From: Lingula anatina
Lineage: Eukaryota > Animalia > Brachiopoda
NCBI GenBank assembly: GCA_051362555.1
Contig: CM120644.1
Location: forward strand, 14,840,534-14,904,533
Direction of reading: 5' to 3'
DNA: 64,000 bases
Each line of letters opens with the position of its first letter. Within the stretch, counting starts at the first letter, position 1. Position numbers and translations under genes: made by a program. The notes under the pieces are model-generated. The model was given only the letters and a program-made list of their open reading frames with translations, had not been told where the DNA came from and did no database searches. This document shows positions 55,028 through 64,000 of the stretch, piece after piece.

Positions 55028-58000
55028 TTCTTATATGGCGCCTTACATTCTATCTCAAGGCGCCTCACAATAATGGCTAATATACTAAAATCATTAAAAT
55101 GACTACAATATTTTAAACATAAACTCTCATTGGAAACCATTTAAAATTTACACTACTAAAAATCAATCTTATTAAAATACATATATATATATTTAAAAAA
55201 ATCTAAGAGATATAGACAGAATTAAAAATGTGGGTCTTTAAAAGAGATTTAAAATTGTCAAAGTCTTCTGTTTTTCTAATAAAATTTGGTAGACCATTCC
55301 ACACTTTTGGGGCGTAGATTATAAAAGCACGATCTCCATAACTTTTGAGGCACCCCTTCTCTAAAACAGAATGTTCTAAAATAAAATCATTTTCAGCATT
55401 AAAACGAGTGGACCGCCGTGGCAAGTTAAAACAGATAAGATCAGATAAATATAATGGTCCTTGTGAATGGATCGCCTTAAAAAATAATACAAAGTACTTT
55501 AAAATCAATCCTCTGCTTCATAGGCCGCCAGTGTAATTCTTTCAGAATGGGAGTGATATGGTGTGTACTATTGTACTTAATTTGTCAAACCAGTCTTGCA
55601 GCTGAGTTTTGAATAACTTGTAACTTTTTAATCTGATAGTCACAAATACCAAAGAGGAGACTATTGCAGTAATCTAATCTTGATATAAATGCATGTACTA
55701 ATTTTTCAGTGGTTTTGTTATCTAACACTTTGTAGAGCCGCATTTTGCAACCGACCGCATTTTGCAACCGGTTGCAAAATGCGTTCAGTTGCAAAATGCG
55801 GTCCTACTAAGTAGAGCCGCATTTTGCAACTGAACGCATTTTGCAACTGCAACGCATTTTGCAACCAAAGAAAATCGTGAAAACGCATTTTGCAACTGCA
55901 ACGCATTTTGCAACCAGGATTTTTTTCTAAGTCCCTGAAACAGCTTGAAGTACGAGACAGGTAGGCTACGGTATAATTGGAGTGGGGGCGGGTTTGCTTC
56001 GACTATGTATGCTGAAACTGGCCAGGTTGCCCCTGGGGTGGACGATAATATAAAACTTATTGAACATTGTAATTTCCTAAACCATTAGAGTTAGGAGGTT
56101 GAAACGTCAGGGAGTAAAAAAGATATTGTTAGGCATGCACATAGGGGTGTGGCCGTCCCTAGGGGTGGTTGATTGTAATTTTACATTGTATTTTCTGTTA
56201 TCTACCCTTATATCTTTAGAATTAGGAAATAAAAGCGTTGGGGATTAATACCATCGTAAGAAATGTGCGTAGGCACTCCAGATTTTTTGTGACTTGGGGT
56301 GTAGTTGTCCCTGGGGATGGTTGAGATCGTTAGAGATGTGCTTGAGCACATCGGACTTTTTGGTCACTTGGGGAGTGGCCGTCCCTGGGGATAGTTACTT
56401 GACTGTAATATTTTCACCGTAATTTCTTTCATCTCCTTCTCGACCATTCGAGTTAGGAGCACGAGTCTTTGGTGCATGGGTACAGGGGAATTTTAGTGTG
56501 ACTTTGGGTGTGATTGTTCCTCAAGGGATGGGGTGATTGGTGGTATGTCAGACAATTAAGCTGATTCCACTGATTGCACTTAAGTGAGATCCCCTGCAGA
56601 GTTGGACCGACCCAGCTAGTAGGATGTATGAATCTGAAAGCTGTCTTCGAGTTAAGAAGGAAGGGGAATGCAAAGAACGCAGCAGACGGCACTTAATAAC
56701 AGACCTTCAGCGGTATGCTTGAATATAGGTCAAGTTAATTGAAAACCCATGCAAGACCCCATACTTTCAGGCATAGCCTCTGTAGAGCAACACACATGCT
56801 AATTACTATTTATGATTAATTAACATATTTGTTTTGTATTAAGACACAATGGCTAGTTGAACGCCAGGATTTCTGAGTGTGTAGGGCCTTATTGTTGGCA
56901 TGGGTCGAAAGGACAGCTTTAACTGGATTCCTTGACCTACAGTATATTCATGCCTACGACTGTAAGTCCGTTTAGTGCTATGTGCGCCGCTGCTGTTCTC
57001 TACATTCCTCAAAGACCCATGTACATTCATTATCAATCCCCAACATTTCATGTTCCTAACTCTAAGGGTAGATAGTAGAAGTAACGGTGCAAAAAATAGA
57101 ATCAACCACCCCCAGGGACGGCCACACCCATCAATACCCCAGAAGGATCCATATCCCTAAAGACATGTTTTCAATTCCCATAGCCTTCCGTTCCTGAATT
57201 ATATGGTCTAAAGGTAGATAGCAGAAAATACAACGTCTAAAAATTAAATGCCATTCAACGTCCCAAATTATACTGTAGCTACGTTTCATGCTTTAACTCA
57301 AATGGCCGATACAATGGGCAGATAGCAGAAAATACCATGTAAAATTAAAATCAACCACCCCCAGGGACAACCACACCCATGTCACAATAAATTTCCGAAG
57401 TGCCCATGCACATTTCTTACGATAGCGTATTAATCCCCAACGTTTTTATTTCCCAATTCTGAAGATATAAGGGTAGATAGGAGAAAAATACGAAGTAAAA
57501 AGTACAATCAACCACCCCTAGGGACGGCCACACCCCCAATTAAAAAAAAAACAAAAACAAAAAATCCGAAGTCCCATGCACATGCCTAACAAAATGTTTA
57601 TTAACTAATGGATTAGGAAATTACAATGTTCAATAAGTTTTATATTTTCGTCCACCCCAGGGGCAGCCTGGCCAGTTTCAGCATACATAGTTGAAGCAAA
57701 CCCGTCCCCACTCCAATTCTACCTGTCTCGTATTTCAAGCTGTTTCAGGGACTTAGAAAAAAATCCTGGTTGCAAAATGCGTTGCAGTTGCAAAATGCGT
57801 TTTCACGATTTTCTTTGGTTGCAAAATGCGTTGCAGTTGCAAAATGCGTTCAGTTGCAAAATGCGGCTCTATTTAGTAGGACCGCATTTTGCAACTGCAC
57901 GCATTTTGCAACCGGTTGCAAAATGCGGTCGGTTGCAAAATGCGGCTCTACACACTTTCCTTATTTTTCCAATGCGCCATAGTGCATAAGATGCTGATTT

Positions 58001-61000
58001 ACACACTTCAGATACACGCTTGCCCATAGTGCCATTTTCATCGAGGGTAACTCCTAGATCTTTTACAGAACTAGATGGTTTTATAAGAACATCTCCTATG
58101 CAAATGTTGGCATTTGCTACATTTTTTCTATTTGCCTTGAACCTTGATGTAAACCATATCAACTCAGATATGGTTTAAAATAAAAAAGAAAAACAGAAAA
58201 ACAAGAACGAACAAAGTGCTCTGTAGTTTTTATCACAAGCACCAGTGTGAACATGCTACCTTCAGTTAGCACGGTTATCGTAGGGCCTATACCACTACAA
58301 GTACAGCCATTAATACAAAAAATAATATCATAAGGCAAACATTCCCATGGTGGCCCGTAAACATTTACGAAGTCGATAAAACTGCATGGAAATTCGTATT
58401 TTTACATATGGCAAATATGATTAAGACTTAACATAATTTCTGAAGAATCAGCATCTATGTCTTATAAACAAACAAACAAACAAAAAAATGGCGTTGGTTC
58501 TTAATATTACCATACATAATGACGTCTCTCACTTACCCCAGCTGGTATGACGTAATCTCCGAGTTTGACGTCTTTTTCATCGTCATAGCGGCCTGCGTAA
58601 GGTGCAACCACCGCCACGCGCAGCGTCTCGTCCATTACCTGACGGATGAACCTGGTCGTGCATCAACAGATGAAAGATGCAGTGTCAATCATGATGTTTT
58701 TTGACGGTTGTAAAAGCAACATGCATAAGGTAAATTTGGGATAAATGTACAAATAAATAAATTAATGGTTGTACTTTACTGGCCATGAACTTGATGAAAA
58801 TATTACTATTTGTTACCACACATACACACAGTAGCAATACCAGCACAAAGTCAGTGATTTTTATACAAGCACTTACACCAACTGTGCAATGTTATCCGGT
58901 GTAACCTTGCCTGTGTCGCCCAGTACGGCTTTTACTTCTTGGAACATTTTCTCCTGAACGACAGGATATACAGAGATGAAGTGGAGGGCCCACACTAACA
59001 CTGAAACGTTATAAACAGTTTAGTTTTCAGTTGGTCGTATGGGTTTGGCGAGTAGGGCAATAGTATCGTTTGAAATTCCCTAAGTGAAAACAAAGATACG
59101 TCAAGGGCTATCAGTGCACCCTTATAGCTTTCTTAGGACTTGCTCCCTTCCCCCTCCCCCAAAGTATATCTAACGCAACGTATAACTAGCGAATCAGGAC
59201 AAAACCAAGCGATTTCCTTCCATCAGCATACTTCACATACATGAATTGTAATGCAATTGCGTTACTGTACTAGCCTAAAATACAGTGTAAGTCGTTTTTG
59301 CGTCTATACCTTTCCCCTAGAAAAATTCTTAATCAAGCTGTGGAAATGGGAGTGATCAGCCTAGACACGGATGTTTACGTCACTGCTATTCAATATCTAA
59401 ATAAAGGCAGTGTACGGTAATCCTGAACCTTATATTAAGGTTTTCAAGATATTTTAAATTAAATTTCAGAAATTAAAATTGAACAGGCGTACACAGTTGT
59501 GATCGTTCTAATAATTCACCAAACGGTTCATCAGAACCAGTTAATACAGTCATATACTCACAATTTCCTGATGAATGGAATCCACCAATGAAGAAGCTAA
59601 TCAGCTCTCCCTGCAACATGTCATCCGGGATGTTGTTCTCAATCAGGACGTCAATTAACATCTCTCGTTTCTCGGTGGTCGGGGTCTTTCGTCTTAAGTC
59701 GATCGCAGCTGCTAATTTTTCTTTCATGTATTTATTCGCTGTAAAGAGAAAAATATATCTGGAAGTCGGACGGGCGGAAAACAGATTATGTACAGTAAAA
59801 TAAAACATTTTCTTAATAATCGAAGAGCTAGTGGGGATTTCCAATCCTTTAGCATAAGCAGCACAGGTAGTATTAGTCGAAAATCTTAAAACCTCAGTAC
59901 ACCTATATAACTGAGAAGAAATTATGTAATTAAATTAAGTAATTTCGTTAAGAGATGACACTTTCATAATTGCTTCGAACAACTACACGCGAAAAAAAGG
60001 TCTGAATAATATAAAATATTTTCCCACCGTTGTTAAATTTCTTTTCACGCTCACTTCCAGGTTGTGGTATATCTCCTGTAAGTCTCTCTTCCATATCATA
60101 CCAACACTGTAAGAATGTAATGTCCTTAATTTGCAACGAAAACAGAACACCGTTCATATGCTGGCCTAATTAATGTGAATCAATTTTGCGTTGACAATTA
60201 TGCATACAGTTTCATGTTAGAATACCCGTATTCGCCATTCCATAGACACGACTCCCAATGCTGGCTCAAAGGCTGCATTCACCACCAAATTTGATTCAGC
60301 GGACTAACAGATCCGCGGATCAAATATGGCAGACCCATTTGAAAGCTTACCGCGAATTCCCTGCGGGGAACTATTCAGTGTACATTAGGGAAAAGGTTTT
60401 TTAGTGGGTCGGCCATATTTGATCCGCGGATCAACTTATTTTGAATACGCTGAAGGCGTCGATTTTAACTTACTACATCATATGCCTTCAAAAATTGTAT
60501 GATCTGCTCCTCATCCAAAAAGTAGTCTCCAAGTGAAGCCTGTGTTATGGCCTTCAACGTGAACAAAAACGCCTCCTGGCGGCAAGGGATATGTTCACCA
60601 CGTGGTGTTTGAGACCATTTCTCCACCAATTCCTCGGCAAGCTGTGATTATTGAAATTGTCAGACAAAAAAGGAAATCATAATTTATCAAGATTCTTGCC
60701 ATTCCCTAGTTAACTATTCCATCAGGTGCGGCAAGATTTAGTGAAAAAAGAGAATTATTCACATATTCGCTTTATATGACGAATAGTAGGCCTATAACGT
60801 ATTTGAAACGCTTCCAATTACCTTAAAATGGAATTACATCTGTTTTAAGGATCGCCTGTAATATCGCATTGAATTAACAAAAGCATAAACTGATATACTG
60901 TATTCATAGAAAATAATCATCCTCAGAATTCAAATATGTGGGCGTACCGCATTTTAACGTTTCTAACTTTTTGACAGGATCAGATTATATGTAATAAATT

Positions 61001-62890
61001 AAATTGAATAACCGTTTGGAATTTTGCTATACATCTCATCACACTTCCATGACTGTAGCATGGGTCGTAAGTGTTCCTCCTCCACTTTCCGTCTTCTTTG
61101 TTGGCAAACGGGATAGCATGTTCAGTGAACAAAGGTTTGAAGATATTCATCAAAACCTCTGAAATGTTTGGATCAGCTTTACGTTAGAAAATAAACACCA
61201 CAAAGTTCAATGTAGTTAGATGTAGAATAACTGATCATGAATATTACTGGTTTTGTGACTTATTATTATTATTATTTAGCTCAGTGCTGACATATATTTT
61301 TCTTTAAAAAATACAAAGTTTTAAATCTTTCTCGATAATGTGTAAAACGTATAGCAAATCATGCATATATATTATGATCTTGTTTAAATTAACTACAATC
61401 GCTAAAATTGATTTTGACACTAAATGAGCAAAACCAACCAAAACATCTATCACCTGGTCTATCGAACATACGCGAGGTCTCTTTAAACAGTTGAGGAGAG
61501 GCAATGCTGACTGCCATTTGTTCTCCATACCAGAACTTTGCTATGGGTCCATACTGCTGGTGTAGCCATACAAGGAACTCATAAAGACTGCCATGTTTTT
61601 TAACCAGATCTAGATTTCCATTTCTGAAAGATAAGCGCTCAGCATAAAGAATACTAGATAGGGCGTAAAGACCTGACCATAAGGGATTGATAATTGATGA
61701 TTCTTAGTACAAAACACAAGAGTCCCTTCTTTCTCAGGGATAAACAGATTAGACCTTACATTTATGTCGTCAGCACGACTTGTTTTTTTAATCACGGCTC
61801 CACATTTTCATTTGCCTTTAAGTCACGCATGTAACTCTTACAATTTGAGCCAGGAGCTGATGACAAGAAGAAATTACTGACTGAGCAAATTATGTCGATT
61901 TTTGCTGAAAAGGGAAATTAATTTAAGATATTAATATCTGCTTCTTGGTGGTCTAACATTTATTTTTTTTTTTTTGCTTAAAGTTACATTGTGATACTGT
62001 TTTGACACAACGAGTTGTAAATAACTGCACGTGACTTCAGTATCCGGGTACTTACTTGGTATTCTGAGATTTCAGTCCTGGAATGTCTTTGCTGCCTATC
62101 ATGTCGCTGCCTGAAATCTGCAACATAGAAAGGATATGTATCTATAATTTATACCGTACCTAAAATAGTCCATGCGACTCCGTCTACAAATGTTTTATTC
62201 TAATAATTACTTTTTGCATGCCTTTCCCAATTTCTTCGTCACAGGCGATATTATGAGCAATGGAGGTACTTGGTAAATTTACCATGTAAAAGTACTACGT
62301 GGGCGCCCACTGTACTTTACTTTTTGTCTGTATACAATCTTTTTCATGAAGGGCAGTTCTTTCAATGTCTGAAGGATCTCACATGGAAACACGCGATTTT
62401 CAAATAAATAAAAAAGTCCCTACACGGCACTTCCTTCAATCGTTTGTTTCTTGTGCATGAAGGAAGGAAAATCGAGAATTGAAATAAAGCAAGACCGGCT
62501 ATAAGGCTACAGTCGGCAATCAAGTAATTGCTGTTTCCATGAAGTGCAAATCCAAAAATATCATAATGGATTGTGTATCTCAAATTGCGCTTAGACAAAG
62601 CTACTATAAAGTGCTTTCAAATGTTCGTACATCATCTCTTCTTTATCTTACATTTCTTACATGGTTTCCAAACAAAGTACTGGGCTACTGTTCATTTATA
62701 ATAGTTTTAAATAGTTTGCGAATGATTTCATTACTACTGAGGCACATGGCATTAAATATGGTGTAAAGAAATGAATATTGATCATCAATCAGGTGTCTTG
62801 TTATCTTACCTTGTTTTTTATGATTGACAAAAACGCAAGTAATGCCAGAAAGGGCACTGCCACAACAATACACAGCGATAAAACATACAT
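53731..62890 (-). CDS. CYP20: Cytochrome P450 family 20, copy C, ~482 aa, intact
   Basis: 12 exons: 62890-62810, 62117-62056, 61623-61454, 61158-61013, 60641-60474, 60106-60028, 59738-59562, 59000-58877, 58651-58537, 54750-54686, 54212-54056, 53835-53731 (1449 nt). Motifs GGFHSSGN, ETLR, FDPDRF and FGFAGKRKCPG. Confidence 0.92.
54496..54661. mobile_element. MITE (cagacccgtagccag...ctggctacgggcctg)
   Basis: 15-bp terminal inverted repeat with 1 mismatch; internal aaaagtgg(a)cc repeats. Confidence 0.7.
54986..58170 (-). mobile_element. 5'-truncated L2/CR1-group LINE in intron 9 of CYP20 copy C, split by a DNA transposon
   Basis: ORF2 3' part VKDLGVTLD...RIGKIRKV|LDNKTTEKLVHAFISRLDYCNSLL...QNSAARLV...HITPILKELHW...GDRAF..YAPKVWNGLP...FKSLLKTHIF. 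The 3' end has a ggcgcctt...aaggcgcc stem-loop and a (TAT)n tail. Confidence 0.9.
55731..57952. mobile_element. Non-autonomous long-TIR DNA transposon, TGT...ACA ends, 5-bp TSD (Ginger-like)
   Basis: cactt|TGTAGAGCCGCATTTTGCAACC...GGTTGCAAAATGCGGCTCTACA|cactt. The inverted arms are ~600 bp with many GCATTTTGCAAC sub-repeats, and there is no transposase ORF. Confidence 0.85.
60270..60450. mobile_element. Palindromic MITE; relatives at ~37650-37710 and ~49805-49880
   Basis: Inverted pair gatccgcggatcaaatatggcagaccca / tgggtcggccatatttgatccgcggatc. Confidence 0.65.
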
Positions 62891-63893
62891 CACTCCTTTG
62901 CATCCGTGTTGATTTGTTTCACCTGGAAGACGTTAATAAAACACTTGAAAAAGTTGCTATCATATATGGAGTTAAGTAAATGGCAATTTGAAATAATTAC
63001 CAAGGGATAATCTTATAATGCACTTTTTCTGAACTTTTTAACAAAAAAGGCGTCGAAACAGCAGAATGAAGTCGTTATCAATGCAGATTTTATGCCACAG
63101 CTTATGGACACGTTTTCTTTCTCTTACCTACTTGTAGTTTTATACTCACAGAAAAATATCTCCAGCATGTGCTGTCTGCAGCATACCTTGAAAACTTCGA
63201 ATGTCACAGGGAAAAATCCGGATTTTACCAACTTACGGTATTAAATCAAGCTGGATGCATATAAAGAGAATACGATAAAGCATGTTACGAATTATAGACC
63301 GCCATATGTAAGCTTCCGCCATATACCTGTAGATTCAAGTGTTGTTTACATGGTACAATACATGACAAACATGTGTACTTCTTTGTTTAGAAATCACTCT
63401 TTATCGCTGTTGGCTGTATAGGGGAAATATGAACTAGGTAAAAACATGGGTCTATTAGTCTTGACTGAAATTCCTAGAATTTATAGACCCTTTCATCAAA
63501 ATACGTGAAGATTCACTGCGAGTGAATAAAGTAAAGCATATATATTAAAATGAAATCAAATGAAATATACAAATGAGTTTCAACTTGACAGTAGGGGGTT
63601 GATACACTTCAAAGGCCGAAAAGCCTATTAATATGGCAAGATAGCTTTTCTACACGTTTGGCATATGTTCAATACTTCTCTTATATTAGTTCCATAAAAT
63701 TAACACTTTTAGAGCACATACATTATGTTAGCTTATTCAGCAACAAAACACCTTCTACACATAGAGTTTCCATGCGTCAATTGTCAATGAAATGAAATAA
63801 GATCGCATTCACAACGAGTTGAACCATGGCTTTACAAATCCTGGAACTAAATATGACGGACGCACATGAAAGAAAAACCGCCTAATCTTTTAA

Positions 63894-64000
63894 CAGTCTC
63901 TCCGCCTATCACACGCCTCCCAATGCGTCGTCCCTGCGGGGGTACGGTCATTAAATCTCGGCTCCATTGGGACGACACATGGGGAGGCGTGTGAGAGGCG
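63894..64000. repeat. Short inverted-repeat element at the window edge
   Basis: cgcctatcacacgcctcccaatgcgtcgtccc versus gggacgacacatggggaggcgtgtgagaggcg. Confidence 0.65.

Noticed and set aside
55718-57989. Duplicated ORFs MRCSCKMRFHDFLWLQNALQ... on opposite strands
   Set aside because: They are translations of the transposon's inverted arms and sub-repeats.
45288-62890. CYP20 copies as pseudogenes or as uncollapsed haplotypes
   Set aside because: All 12 exons of each copy splice in frame, and the introns and most exons are far too diverged to be alleles.

Overview
AT-rich, intron-containing genomic DNA from an invertebrate animal; there is no prokaryotic operon or CRISPR array. Splicing the exons by hand gives: SPC25 (minus strand, last exon off-window) head-to-head with a complete 7-exon RAB18 (plus strand); three intact, tandem, 12-exon CYP20-family cytochrome P450 genes (minus strand; about 484, 489 and 482 aa); and, between the first two P450s, a gene with 3 coding exons for a ~690-aa secreted, probably GPI-anchored protein with a somatomedin-B-like, Cys-rich GPCR-type ectodomain but no 7TM region. 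Introns and spacers carry many mobile elements: a Helentron/HINE-like element with a ~161-bp tandem array, an L2/CR1-type LINE interrupted by a long-TIR TGT...ACA element, a second LINE remnant, an env-like fragment held between inverted repeats, tRNA-derived heads and several MITE families. The most notable signals are the CYP20 expansion with patchy exon-limited homogenisation, the 7TM-less ectodomain gene inside the cluster, and the env-like fragment between inverted repeats. Family calls come from motif recognition, not database searches.
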